The notes: a model not told the origin generated them from the sequence alone. A stretch of 64,000 nt of DNA from an uncultured bacterium (GCA_965552055.1 CBEVQO010000007.1:1-64000); one strand, 5' to 3'. Positions 40,201 to 49,388 are shown, counted from the stretch's first letter. Numbers and translations are program-made.

Positions 40201-40524
40201 GGTGAATATGATAAGGCGATTGAATATTTTGAAAAAGCCCTTAAAATAAAATTAAAAACAATAGGAGAAGCACATCCACATACTGCTATCTGTTACAACA
40301 ATATCGGTGAAGCATATCATTGCAAAGGCGAATATGATAAAGCTATTGAGTATCGTGAGAAAGCGAGAGAAATATGGGAAAAGGTGCTGGGAGAAATATT
40401 AATAAAAGTGGGCAGAAAGGAAGAAGCAAAGCAAAATCTTAAAAAAGCACTTGAGATTTTCATGAAACATAAATTGAAAGATAGAATAAAAGAAGTAGAA
40501 GAAATTTTGAAAAATATTTTATGA
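37207..40524 (+). CDS. Zn-ribbon + class III adenylate cyclase + STAND-type ATPase + TPR protein
   Basis: CPKC..CGNC; FADVSGFT, DKYIGD, GDTVNLAQRL; GEAGIGKS, LIFDD; 42-aa TPR repeats. Confidence 0.92.
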   Translation: MKCPKCGFDNPSNFKFCGNCGTSLIEKEIPRMPVELKRKIDFERERLKGARKKVAVMFADVSGFTSLCEKLDPEEVTNLMNNLFERFGEIIYRYEGYIDKYIGDCVMALFGAPISHEDDALRAVLCAIDMMSEVKQFEGLSLSIGINFGEVVAGGVGSHHKLQYTVMGDTVNLAQRLQSVAGAGEIYVSEKIYELTKSEIEYEKLPPLKLKGKSYLITAFKPVKVKAKHMLRRIKEIPMIGRDKEMEILLKLYEDVKRGESRVVSITGEAGIGKSKLANEFVNKILEDKITLIETRGIDYLKNAELWTLKDFLRKLIKIEEKDPSAISQKIESFIKKYNQPEILTRILKWMLGGEISEIEKRSIEQIEKDNRNYILFRGLSLILKNIAKFPLILIFDDVQWIDINTREFLSFLIKSIEKSKIMLILIQRPYSDYILPELEHCVYINLQPLKKKEVEKLASAIIKSNKIDEKLEKILIERSEGNPFYLEEFVTMLLNSNLIDIEGNVAKLKGEIKNIPIKLEELILAKVDKLDDESKYILELASVIGHEFSTKLLENLTEYAINIKSVLKNIENKGLIENITKDLSKILEGDEEYAFKHIIIRDVIYNTILKSLRKDYHRKVANAIENIYKDNIENYYELLIHHFKIGEEKEKYMKYLLKFGEKMSKEGNYKKAEELYEEWMRNYGNLHAGEEGISNLIKLIGIKTKLAKYKEVEEIFEKIERDYKDLLKDDILIEFLLEKSWFEGETGKYDKMLETGEECLRLIEKSKHNEETKSNCLNNIGRAYRLKGEYKKAIECYEKALEIRLKITGENHPDTATIYNNIGEAYYYKGEYDRAIEFYKKAVKIRAQTLGEMHPDIATSYNDIGMAYFYKGEYDKAIECYKKAVKIRIHTLGEMHPYTASSYNNIGVAYYGKGEHDKSIEYYQKALKIRLKTLGETHPDIAASYNNIGGAYQSKGDHDKAIKYFEKAVEIELKTLGEIHPNTAITYNNIGESYHLKGEYDKAIEYFEKALKIKLKTIGEAHPHTAICYNNIGEAYHCKGEYDKAIEYREKAREIWEKVLGEILIKVGRKEEAKQNLKKALEIFMKHKLKDRIKEVEEILKNIL

Positions 40525-41303
40525 CAAGGGAAGAATTAATAAAAATCTTGTCGTCGCTGGGTATGAAGCCTTTAAAGTCGCAGGGTCAATGTTTTTTGCT
40601 TGAAGAGAGTATTGCAGACAAAATGGTGGAAGCTGCTGAAGTCGGGGAAAATGACAAAGTTCTTGAAGTGGGACCAGGTCTTGGCACATTATCACGCAGA
40701 ATTATACCAAAAGGATGCAAATATATAGGTGTTGAGAAAGACCCGCGATTTATAATCTGGCTAAAAAGAAATTATGAAAAGGAAAATGCCAAATTCATAA
40801 GAGGAGATGCATTATTTATGTCGCCAAAAGATTTATTTGATTTGAAAGAAGACGAAAAAATAGTTTTGATATCAAACACTCCCTTTTCCATAACATCACA
40901 ATTTTTATTGTGGATTTTGAAGAATAAAGAATTTATAAAAAGATGCGTTATAACATTGCAAAAAGAAGTTGTTGAGCGCTTACTTGCGAAACCGCTTTCG
41001 GAAATTTATTGCGCTATGAGTGTGATAATGCAGGTGCATTTCGATATTGAATTGCTTTTCAAAATAAGAAGATTATATTTCTATCCCCGTCCAAAAGTTA
41101 CACCATGTGTAATAAGGATGTTTCCAAAAGATTTAAAATTTGATTACGGTTTTTACGATTTCATGCATAAAGTTTTCAAACACAGGATGAAGCTTTTAAA
41201 AAATGTTATAAGATGTGAAATCAACCGCAGGGTTTATGAACTGGAACCCTATGAATTTGTAAAGCTTTATGAGATAATGAAAAAGAAAAATTTAAAAAAA
41301 TAA
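40521..41303 (+). CDS. rsmA: 16S rRNA dimethyladenosine methyltransferase
   Basis: KSQGQCFL, EVGPGLG, SNTPFSIT, LQKEV; motif IV divergent (NTPF for NLPY). Confidence 0.85.
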   Translation: MTREELIKILSSLGMKPLKSQGQCFLLEESIADKMVEAAEVGENDKVLEVGPGLGTLSRRIIPKGCKYIGVEKDPRFIIWLKRNYEKENAKFIRGDALFMSPKDLFDLKEDEKIVLISNTPFSITSQFLLWILKNKEFIKRCVITLQKEVVERLLAKPLSEIYCAMSVIMQVHFDIELLFKIRRLYFYPRPKVTPCVIRMFPKDLKFDYGFYDFMHKVFKHRMKLLKNVIRCEINRRVYELEPYEFVKLYEIMKKKNLKK

Positions 41304-41348
41304 TTTGACAATTTAAATTTTTAGCTTACAATTAGAAATGGAGGAATT

Positions 41349-42458
41349 ATGTTTGAAGATAAACTTGAGAAGTATTGGTCGGTATTGGGCTGGGATACGA
41401 GTTTGCTTGAAAAACACTTCACCCCCAAGAAGCGTCCCCGTAAGAATTTAAATCTCGTTGAAGTAATCGATAAAATTAAAGATTATTTTATAGCAAATAA
41501 AGAAGTGCAAAATAAAGTTCGAGCAGAAATAGAAGAAGATGCATTTGAAAGCTTTGACACATTAACTGAACTCATTTCACTTGACAAAGGTTTATCTATA
41601 AGTGTTATAGGATTGTATAAACGCCTTTACGATAGCGAAGAAGAAAATTTAAGAGAAGCAGTAGGATATCTGGGTTCATGGAGGATAAGAAATCTGGTAA
41701 TAATAAGGTCACTGCTTAACGGAATAAAAGAAATAACCGAGGGATTGGAGAAAGAAATCATCGAAGAAAAAGAAGATATTGAATTGAAAAAATATGTAAG
41801 GATATTCTCGCTGACATCTTTTTTAATGGCTAATGCATCCAATATTATCGGTAAAGAGTTTATTGAATCTTCTGACATTGATTTTTTCACACTTGGTTTG
41901 TTGAATCGTCCCGATGAATTAATAATTGCATCTATCATTGATAATCACATATCAAGAGCAAGAACCTTTGCCAACCTCATAAGGGAGAAATATCATGTGA
42001 ACCCTGTTAACCCAGAGATTCGAATCTTCAGTAAAGATGGTGAAATCCTGGCTATATTACCACGCAAAGAGTTTATCTTTTCTGTCTTAACAAAATGGAA
42101 ATATAGTTTGATTTTCTCGGTTGCTATATCTTCTGATATGAATCTATCGGAAATAAACTCATTTTATTCCTTGTTTAACGATGACGAATGGACTTTTTTA
42201 GTAAAATGTTGTTGCATAATTGATTGGGCACGCCATATTTTGAGAAAAATACTGGCTAAAGATATATTTTCAATTGATGACAAAAAACTATGCATGAGAG
42301 AACTTTTACCCGTCAATGATTTAGATGAGATAATGAAAAAGCTATTTTTATCTCACAGACATCTTCGGGAAATCGAAAAGACGATAGAAAGCCTTCTACC
42401 ACTATGGATAAGAAAGCACAAAGAAATAACTGAAAATTTCTTATCGGAAAAAAGTTGA
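41349..42458 (+). CDS. Degenerate HDOD-like domain protein
   Basis: LREAVGYLGSWRIRNLV and FFTLGLLNR resemble HDOD motifs, with HD lost. Confidence 0.5.
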   Translation: MFEDKLEKYWSVLGWDTSLLEKHFTPKKRPRKNLNLVEVIDKIKDYFIANKEVQNKVRAEIEEDAFESFDTLTELISLDKGLSISVIGLYKRLYDSEEENLREAVGYLGSWRIRNLVIIRSLLNGIKEITEGLEKEIIEEKEDIELKKYVRIFSLTSFLMANASNIIGKEFIESSDIDFFTLGLLNRPDELIIASIIDNHISRARTFANLIREKYHVNPVNPEIRIFSKDGEILAILPRKEFIFSVLTKWKYSLIFSVAISSDMNLSEINSFYSLFNDDEWTFLVKCCCIIDWARHILRKILAKDIFSIDDKKLCMRELLPVNDLDEIMKKLFLSHRHLREIEKTIESLLPLWIRKHKEITENFLSEKS

Positions 42459-42487
42459 CAACAGGATAAAAAGAATAAAATAGTAAG

Positions 42488-43702
42488 ATGATATTTCTTA
42501 TTGTTTCAAGGATAATCCTTGGACGGATAGAGGGCATTATAGACCCTCCGACGACTGAATATTTTAACAGAGTTTGTGATTATGCTGAAAAAGTGAGAGC
42601 TGAATTAATTTTATTTACAATGGATACTCCTGGTGGACTTGATAAATCAATGAGGGAGATAGTAAAACGGGAGCTCGGCAGTAAAATCCCGATATGCATC
42701 TATGTGTATCCTGATGGTGCAAGATGTGCATCAGCCGGTGTATTTATACTTTTAGCGGCTCACTATGCTGCGATGTGCCCGGGCACAAATATGGGTTCAG
42801 CACATCCAGTAGCGATAGGAGGTAAAGTGCCAAAAGAAATGAAAGAAAAAATAGTAAATGATGCTGCCGCATACATAAAAGCCATCGCTGAAAAAAGAGG
42901 AAGAAATGAAGAGTGGGCAGAAAAAGCCGTTAGAAAAAGTGTAAATGTAACAGCACATAAGGCACTGGAATTAAACTTAATAGATTTCGTGGCAGATTCA
43001 GTTCAAGAATTGATAGAAAAAATTTCTCAAAAGATTGAAATAAGAGACAAAAATATAGAAGAAGTGAAATGGCTTTTCAAGGAGCGTTTTTTACATACAA
43101 TTACAAATCCCAATATTGCGTATCTTTTGCTGGTCCTCGGACTTTATGCTTTGATATTCGAGCTAATGCATCCTGGTGCAATATTTCCCGGTGTATTCGG
43201 TGCTGTATCGCTATTACTGGGGCTATATGGCTTGCATATTTTACCTGTAAATTACGCAGGCATAGGGCTTATAATACTTGGGATTGTTCTGTTCATACTC
43301 GAGGCATTAACACCAACTTTTGGACCGCTTACCATCGGTGGTATAACCTGTCTTATCTTTGGCTCTATGATGTTAATCCGTGTAAATGTGCCTTTTCTAA
43401 AAATTTCCCGCTCATTGATACTGACGGTGGCAATTTTGCTTGGTGGATTTTTCAGCTTCGCTCTCACGATGGCACTCCGTGCAATGCGTCGTCGCCCGGT
43501 AACAGGGAAAGAAGGACTTATAGGTCTTGTGGGAGAATGCAAACAACCTATAAAACCGGGTAAAGAGGGGGTCGTAATGGTGCAGGGAACTTTATGGCGC
43601 GCAATTGCAGATGAAAGCATAAAAAGAGGAGAAAGAGTAGAAGTAATAGAAACACTTCCCGGACTTATTTTGAAAGTAAAGAAAACAAAAAGAATAGCTT
43701 AA
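42488..43702 (+). CDS. nfeD: NfeD-family membrane-bound serine protease
   Basis: DTPGG, CASAG, GSAHPV, C-terminal OB fold (GTLWRA). Confidence 0.92.
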   Translation: MIFLIVSRIILGRIEGIIDPPTTEYFNRVCDYAEKVRAELILFTMDTPGGLDKSMREIVKRELGSKIPICIYVYPDGARCASAGVFILLAAHYAAMCPGTNMGSAHPVAIGGKVPKEMKEKIVNDAAAYIKAIAEKRGRNEEWAEKAVRKSVNVTAHKALELNLIDFVADSVQELIEKISQKIEIRDKNIEEVKWLFKERFLHTITNPNIAYLLLVLGLYALIFELMHPGAIFPGVFGAVSLLLGLYGLHILPVNYAGIGLIILGIVLFILEALTPTFGPLTIGGITCLIFGSMMLIRVNVPFLKISRSLILTVAILLGGFFSFALTMALRAMRRRPVTGKEGLIGLVGECKQPIKPGKEGVVMVQGTLWRAIADESIKRGERVEVIETLPGLILKVKKTKRIA

Positions 43703-43713
43703 AAGGAGGGGAT

Positions 43714-44463
43714 ATGTCAGGTGCAGTTATAACCCTTATAATAATATTTGGGATCATTTTATTGGCAAATGCTATAAGGATTTTCCCGGAATACGAAAGA
43801 GGGGTGCTGTTTCGCCTGGGAAGATTCGTTGGGGTAAGGGGACCCGGCATTGTGCTCATAATACCTATAATCGACAGAATACAGAGAGTGAGTTTAAGGA
43901 TAGTGACGATGGATGTACCTCCACAGGAAGTTATCACAAAAGATAATGTTTCAATTTCTGTAAATGCAGTTGTTTACTTCAAAGTGGTTGACCCTGCTAA
44001 AGCTGTCCTCGAGGTACAGGATTATCTTTACGCTACATCACAAATTGCTCAAACTACTTTGCGAAGTGTTCTAGGTGCAGTTGAACTCGATGATGTGCTT
44101 GCGAGAAGAGAGAAATTGAATGAAGAATTAAGAAGGATAATCGATGAAGCAACAGACCCCTGGGGGATAAAAGTTACTGCTGTTGAGATAAAAGCAGTGG
44201 ACCTACCTGAAACGATGAAGCGTGCAATGGCAAGGCAGGCAGAAGCAGAAAGAGAAAAGAGAGCAAAAATCATAAGCTCTGAAGGTGAATATATGGCGGC
44301 AAGGAAATTCTACGAAGCTGCAGAAACCCTATCAAAACAGCCAATAGCTGTGCAATTGAGATTCCTGCATACTTTAACCGAAATAGCTTCGGAAAAGAAT
44401 TCAACAATCATATTCCCCGTACCAATCGAATTATTCAGAGCATTTATAAAAGAAAAGTCATGA
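43714..44463 (+). CDS. Stomatin/SPFH (slipin) protein
   Basis: [29 protein letters not shown]. Confidence 0.95.
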   Translation: MSGAVITLIIIFGIILLANAIRIFPEYERGVLFRLGRFVGVRGPGIVLIIPIIDRIQRVSLRIVTMDVPPQEVITKDNVSISVNAVVYFKVVDPAKAVLEVQDYLYATSQIAQTTLRSVLGAVELDDVLARREKLNEELRRIIDEATDPWGIKVTAVEIKAVDLPETMKRAMARQAEAEREKRAKIISSEGEYMAARKFYEAAETLSKQPIAVQLRFLHTLTEIASEKNSTIIFPVPIELFRAFIKEKS

Positions 44464-44582
44464 AAAAATTGGTGATAATAGTTTTGATTTCTTTGTTTAT
44501 AGCGGGTTTACTTTTTAAAGATTTTAAAATGATTTTCATCTATGGCTCTAAAATTTGCCTGTCTTGTCTTGGCTTAGGATAA
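44460..44582 (+). CDS. 40-aa CxxC membrane peptide (CD1871A-like); absent from ORF track
   Basis: [40 protein letters not shown]; precedes the 4Fe-4S membrane protein. Confidence 0.8.
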   Translation: MKKLVIIVLISLFIAGLLFKDFKMIFIYGSKICLSCLGLG

Positions 44583-45340
44583 AAAGGATTTACTGGCAGT
44601 TAATTTCCTTAATTTTATTGAATTCGAACTTTTATCGTCCATTTTACAGTCCGCTGAAGTACTTCCCGTGTCCCATCTTAAACTGCCATGCATGCCCCTA
44701 TGCCCAAACAACATGCGCAATAGGAGCACTGCAGTTTTTTATCATGATGAAAAGAATCCCATATCTTATCCTTTCTGTGTTTTTATTTTCTTCCTTTTTC
44801 TTTGGCAGATTATTCTGTGGATGGATTTGCCCGCTCGGTCTAATCCAGGATTTATTTTCAAAACTGAGGAAAAAACATTTTCATATTCCGCATTTTCTTC
44901 GGTACCTCAAATTTTTTGTTCTTTTTATGATTATTATAATCCCACTTTTTTACTACATCACTCCTTTTTGTAAATTCATTTGTCCTATGGGAGTAATTGG
45001 AGGGAGTTTTGCTTTTCTCTTCGATAAGAGTTTATTACAATTACCCTTAAATTTATTTAAATTCAAAGTATTTCTCACTTTAATTTTTCTGTTAAGTTTT
45101 ATATTCTGGCGCCGTCCTTTCTGTGCAGTTTTTTGCCCTGCAGGTGCTTTACTTTCCTTCCTTCATAAATTTTCAATTAAGAAGATAACTTTTGATGAGG
45201 ATAAATGCACAAAGTGTGGTGAATGTGTTACAAAATGTCCTGCTGGTTTAATTCCTTACAAAGATTATAATAGTTTCGATTGCATCAGATGTTATGAATG
45301 TGTAAAGATTTGCAAATTTAATGCCTTTAAAATTTTGTGA
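44555..45340 (+). CDS. Membrane 4Fe-4S binding protein (NapH/MauN-like)
   Basis: CGWICP, CKFICP, CAVFCP and two CxxCxxCxxxC motifs. Confidence 0.88.
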   Translation: MPVLSWLRIKRIYWQLISLILLNSNFYRPFYSPLKYFPCPILNCHACPYAQTTCAIGALQFFIMMKRIPYLILSVFLFSSFFFGRLFCGWICPLGLIQDLFSKLRKKHFHIPHFLRYLKFFVLFMIIIIPLFYYITPFCKFICPMGVIGGSFAFLFDKSLLQLPLNLFKFKVFLTLIFLLSFIFWRRPFCAVFCPAGALLSFLHKFSIKKITFDEDKCTKCGECVTKCPAGLIPYKDYNSFDCIRCYECVKICKFNAFKIL

Positions 45341-45384
45341 AAATAATCTTGACAAAATGGAAAATCAATTATTAATAATTGAGG

Positions 45385-45456
45385 ACGCCGCTAGCTCAAC
45401 GGTAGAGCACCGGATTCTTAATCCGGGGGTTCTGGGTTCGAATCCCAGGCGGCGTA
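45385..45456 (+). tRNA. tRNA-Lys(CTT), CCA not encoded
   Basis: Cloverleaf: acceptor ACGCCGC/GCGGCGT, D stem GCTC/GAGC, anticodon arm CCGGA-TTCTTAA-TCCGG, T arm CTGGG-TTCGAAT-CCCAG. Confidence 0.95.
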
Positions 45457-45463
45457 TTTTATT

Positions 45464-46489
45464 ATGATTTCAAAATTGATAACTGCTTTTTTATCTTCAT
45501 TCCTCATCGTATTGATACTTACACCCATTTTTAAAAAATTAGCACTAAAATTAAATGTGGTGGATTATCCAAATGAAAGAAAAATACATAAGAAACCTGT
45601 TCCCCTCTTTGGAGGGATACCTGTTTTCATCTCCATTACTTTGTTAACATTTATCTTTGTAAAACCATCCAGAGAATTAATGGGGATTCTCATCGGTAGT
45701 GTTATTGCATTTATTGATGGTTTGCTTGACGATGTTATGGAGCTTCGTGCATCTTTCCGCATATTTCCGCAAATACTGGCAGCTACTATCTGTATATTTT
45801 TCGGTGTAAGAATGACATTTTTGCCACACAACATATGGGGGACAGCTTTGGAATTCATACTTTCTTATCTCTGGCTAATTGGATTAACCAATGCAATGAA
45901 TTTCTTCGATGGTATGGATGGTCTTGCTTCGAGTTTATCCGCTGTTATATGCTTTTTCCTTGCTGTAATCGGTTTTTTAACAAATCAATTTACACTCGTA
46001 ATAGTATCAGTGATTGTGATGGGTGCTACTCTTTCTTTTCTTATTTACAATCATCATCCTGCTAAAATTTTCCTTGGAGACGCTGGAAGTGAATTTCTCG
46101 GCTTTTTCATCTCTGCTCTCGCTATGAATGCTGAATGGGCTGAAAAGGGACCTCTTTTTGCACTCGCAATTCCTGTGTTAATTTTCGGAGTAATGATTTT
46201 TGACATGATTTACATATCGATAAAAAGGTTCGTTAAAAAAGAAGTAAGAACTATAAGAGAATGGCTCGAATATACAGGTAAAGACCATTTGCATCACAGA
46301 TTATTTAATCTCGGTTTTTCTCAGCCCCAAACGGTATTTTTTATAGTGGCTGTCACCATCTGCCTTGGTGTATCGGGCATCATCTTAAGGCTTACTTTCT
46401 CGAAAACAAATGCCATCTTACTTGTATTACAGGCATGTATAATCTTATCTTGCCTCTCTGTTTTGATGATAAAGAAACAGAATGTATGA
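45464..46489 (+). CDS. Undecaprenyl-phosphate GlcNAc-1-phosphate transferase (WecA/TagO family)
   Basis: GLLDD, NAMNFFDGMDGL, IFLGDAGS, HLHHRL. Confidence 0.9.
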   Translation: MISKLITAFLSSFLIVLILTPIFKKLALKLNVVDYPNERKIHKKPVPLFGGIPVFISITLLTFIFVKPSRELMGILIGSVIAFIDGLLDDVMELRASFRIFPQILAATICIFFGVRMTFLPHNIWGTALEFILSYLWLIGLTNAMNFFDGMDGLASSLSAVICFFLAVIGFLTNQFTLVIVSVIVMGATLSFLIYNHHPAKIFLGDAGSEFLGFFISALAMNAEWAEKGPLFALAIPVLIFGVMIFDMIYISIKRFVKKEVRTIREWLEYTGKDHLHHRLFNLGFSQPQTVFFIVAVTICLGVSGIILRLTFSKTNAILLVLQACIILSCLSVLMIKKQNV

Positions 46490-47273
46490 AAAATACTGGG
46501 GATTTAAAGAAAAGCCATTCGAAAATGTATGTAACCTTAAATATTTCTTCAAAAGTGAGTCACATATCGAAGCAATATCAAGGATGACATATACGGTAAA
46601 AGAAAGAAAAGGAGCAATGGTGTTGACAGGAGATTACGGAACAGGCAAAACACTTACCTTAAGATGGTTTATCGAAAATACAGAAGAAATAAAGTTTTTA
46701 TTCATCGATTATCCCGAAGGAAATCCAGAGAACTTTATGAAACAAATTCTTATTTCTGCAGGCGAAGAGATAGAAGAAAAAGACAGATTCTTACTGTCAC
46801 AAAAAATAAAGGAATTAATTTTGAAAAATACAGAAGAGGGCATAAATACGGTCATGATAATAGATGAAGCACAAACTCTGGAAGACCCTCTATTTGAAGT
46901 GATAAAAATTTTGCTAAATCTCAGGGAAACATTTTCTGCTGATTTTTCTGTAATTTTAAGCGGAAGTGAAAAGTTGATTCATAAGATAAAACAAAACGAA
47001 CAACTATTACAAAGGATACCCGTTTATTTCCATTTAACTGCACTATCCTATGAGGAAACAGTGAGATACATAGATTACAGACTGGAAGTAGCAGGTGGCG
47101 ATACCGACATTTTTGATGAGACAGCCAAAAAGAAAATATATGAATTGTCAAAAGGAATACCCCGCAAAATAAACAACCTGTGCGATACCGCATTACTCAT
47201 TGGCTTCGGTAAAAAGGAGAAAAAAATAAATGACAAAATAATAGAACTGGCTGAAAGAGAAATTTTGCCTTGA
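46482..47273 (+). CDS. ExeA-like AAA ATPase
   Basis: MYEKYWGFKEKPF, GDYGTGKT, IIDEAQ, GIPRKINNLCD. Confidence 0.88.
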   Translation: MYEKYWGFKEKPFENVCNLKYFFKSESHIEAISRMTYTVKERKGAMVLTGDYGTGKTLTLRWFIENTEEIKFLFIDYPEGNPENFMKQILISAGEEIEEKDRFLLSQKIKELILKNTEEGINTVMIIDEAQTLEDPLFEVIKILLNLRETFSADFSVILSGSEKLIHKIKQNEQLLQRIPVYFHLTALSYEETVRYIDYRLEVAGGDTDIFDETAKKKIYELSKGIPRKINNLCDTALLIGFGKKEKKINDKIIELAEREILP

Positions 47274-48001
47274 ACGAAAAAATAAAAATAAGCGAAATTT
47301 TAAAACTATCTGAAGAAAAAATAGAAAAAAGAGAAAAATATTCACCCGAAAGGGTAATCCTTAATTTAAAAGAAAATATAGAAAATACGGATTTCGGTGA
47401 TATAATATCGAAAATGAAAGAAGATGACCAGCCATTGTTATTCCATGCATTGAAAAAAAGCAAAGAAGGGAAAGCAGAAAAACTTATCACACAAATTCTC
47501 ATAGCAATAGCAACAGGAATTGAAATGGGATTGGAAGAAGAAGCAATTAAACTGCTTGCAAAAAGTATAGTGCATCTCAAAATGGGAATCAATACAGAAG
47601 ATAAAGAAATAAACTTCATTATAAACGAAGTAAAAGATAAAAAAACAAACTTTAAAAAAAGCAAAATTTCCCAGATAATAATTTTATCTGAAAAATTCTG
47701 TAATATGCTTTCGCATAAAGGAACATCTCTGTTTAATGTAGTAAATACCATTATGGATTTGAGTGCAAAAGAGTTACCTTTTGAAGTTGTAAAGAGTTTT
47801 GTAAAAAGAATAGGAGTGTATCCTTTGACATCAAAAGTCGTTCTTTCAACAGGTCAGGTTGCCGAAGTAATCAGGCAAAACCCTGATTCGCCCCTAAACC
47901 CGGTTGTTGAAATACAACAGGAAGCAGACGGAAGATTGTTGAAAAAGAAATATCAAATTGACCTGAGCGAATCAAATATTGAAATTAAAGAAATTTTATG
48001 A
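47270..48001 (+). CDS. Degenerate HD-GYP-like protein
   Basis: C-terminal GVYPLTSKVVLSTGQVAEV..P..P tail typical of HD-GYP proteins; no HD or GYP motif. Confidence 0.55.
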   Translation: MNEKIKISEILKLSEEKIEKREKYSPERVILNLKENIENTDFGDIISKMKEDDQPLLFHALKKSKEGKAEKLITQILIAIATGIEMGLEEEAIKLLAKSIVHLKMGINTEDKEINFIINEVKDKKTNFKKSKISQIIILSEKFCNMLSHKGTSLFNVVNTIMDLSAKELPFEVVKSFVKRIGVYPLTSKVVLSTGQVAEVIRQNPDSPLNPVVEIQQEADGRLLKKKYQIDLSESNIEIKEIL

Positions 48002-48588
48002 AAGTCTACAAAATCTGCGATGTAAAGATAGCAATAGATACAAATAAAGAAATAGATTTTTTAAAAGGCTTTGAAGATGTTAGTCCTTTTGACTTAAAAG
48101 TTGATTTTATTGCGGATAAAGTTTTGCTTGAAAACAGAATAAGAGAAGTTTTATCGAATTATCTTCCCCATCATAATGGTTTTCTTCTGCATTCTGCTGG
48201 CTTACTGATAGATGATATGGCATTTTTGCTGTGCGGTGGAACAGGTTCCGGAAAAACGCATTTCGTCAGATTATATGAAGAGTTATCCATGGGAGATGAG
48301 ATAATGGGCGTGAGGAAAATCGGTGATAAATTCTGGGCTTACAGCACTCCTTTTGGAGGAGAATTCCCTGCAAAAAACAACATAAAAGCAGAAATAGAAA
48401 AAGTAATCATTTTGCAAAAGAACAAAAGACCAGAAAAACTGAAAAAAGATAAAGCTTTATGGGAAATCTTAAAAAATGTTATAATCTTTAAAAACGATAA
48501 AATTACATCGCAAAAATTACTTGACATTCTGAAAGAATTTATAGAAGTAGTAGATGTCTATGAAGGAACACCTTTCGTTATCCCCTGA
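47998..48588 (+). CDS. HprK-related P-loop kinase
   Basis: LLHSAG, GGTGSGKT, GDE, STPFGG. Confidence 0.75.
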   Translation: MKVYKICDVKIAIDTNKEIDFLKGFEDVSPFDLKVDFIADKVLLENRIREVLSNYLPHHNGFLLHSAGLLIDDMAFLLCGGTGSGKTHFVRLYEELSMGDEIMGVRKIGDKFWAYSTPFGGEFPAKNNIKAEIEKVIILQKNKRPEKLKKDKALWEILKNVIIFKNDKITSQKLLDILKEFIEVVDVYEGTPFVIP

Positions 48589-48853
48589 TACCGTTATAAA
48601 GCGCTCGGAGAATATCGCATGGCAAAAATTTGAAGATAAAGTTTTTATAATCACTCCTGATGATTCAATGTTACACATGCTAAATGAAACAGGAACAAGA
48701 ATTTGGGAAATTATTGAGAAACCAAAGAAAATTTCGGAAATAGTAGAAGAGATTTTAAAGGAATATGATGTGACAAAAGAAAAAGCAGAACAATCGGTAA
48801 AGAGATTTATTTCTGAATTGATAAAGAAAGGAATTTGTGAAATTTCAGCTTGA
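48554..48853 (+). CDS. PqqD family protein (RiPP recognition element)
   Basis: LNETGTRIWE..IVEEILKEYDV..FISELIKKG. Confidence 0.88.
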   Translation: MSMKEHLSLSPDTVIKRSENIAWQKFEDKVFIITPDDSMLHMLNETGTRIWEIIEKPKKISEIVEEILKEYDVTKEKAEQSVKRFISELIKKGICEISA

Positions 48854-48866
48854 CTTTTCGTAAAAA

Positions 48867-49388
48867 TTGAATAATTATAAAGAAGTTATGAGGGTATTAA
48901 CTTTAAAGGAAGAGTTAGAAATTTATAAAAGGGAAGCCAAAGAAAATTGGGATAAATATTTGCGTGCACTCGCAGAGCTTGATAATTTTAAAAAGACAAT
49001 GAAAAAAGAGATGGAAGAGGCAATCGAAAGGGCGAACGAGAAATTTATAAAAAATATTTTACCGGCACTCGATAATTTCGAAGCAGGAATAAAAATGCTT
49101 GAAAAAATGAAATCAAAAGACGATGAATTCCTTAAAGGTGTTAAAATAATATATAAACAACTCCTTGATGCATTGGAAAAAGAGGGTCTCGTGCAATATT
49201 CTGCACTCGGTCAAAAATTTGACCCAAAACTCCATGAAGCAATATCTGTGAAAGAAACAGATGACTGCGAAGATGATACAATTATAGAAGAGATAGCAAA
49301 AGGATATCTTTTTAAAGGTAAAGTTATAAGACCTGCAAAAGTCGTCGTAGCAAAACAAAAAGTTAAAGGGGAGGTAAAAAATGGCTAA
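48867..49388 (+). CDS. grpE: Nucleotide exchange factor (start may be ATG at 48888)
   Basis: [28 protein letters not shown]. Confidence 0.95.
   Translation: MNNYKEVMRVLTLKEELEIYKREAKENWDKYLRALAELDNFKKTMKKEMEEAIERANEKFIKNILPALDNFEAGIKMLEKMKSKDDEFLKGVKIIYKQLLDALEKEGLVQYSALGQKFDPKLHEAISVKETDDCEDDTIIEEIAKGYLFKGKVIRPAKVVVAKQKVKGEVKNG

Noticed and set aside
39540..40400. 126-bp periodicity
   Set aside because: Fully explained by 42-aa TPR coding repeats.
45385..45456. tRNA as the attachment site of an integrated island
   Set aside because: No duplicated tRNA 3' end or integrase found in the window.
48840..48890. CIRCE operator before grpE-dnaK
   Set aside because: No TTAGCACTC-N9-GAGTGCTAA and no hrcA in the window.
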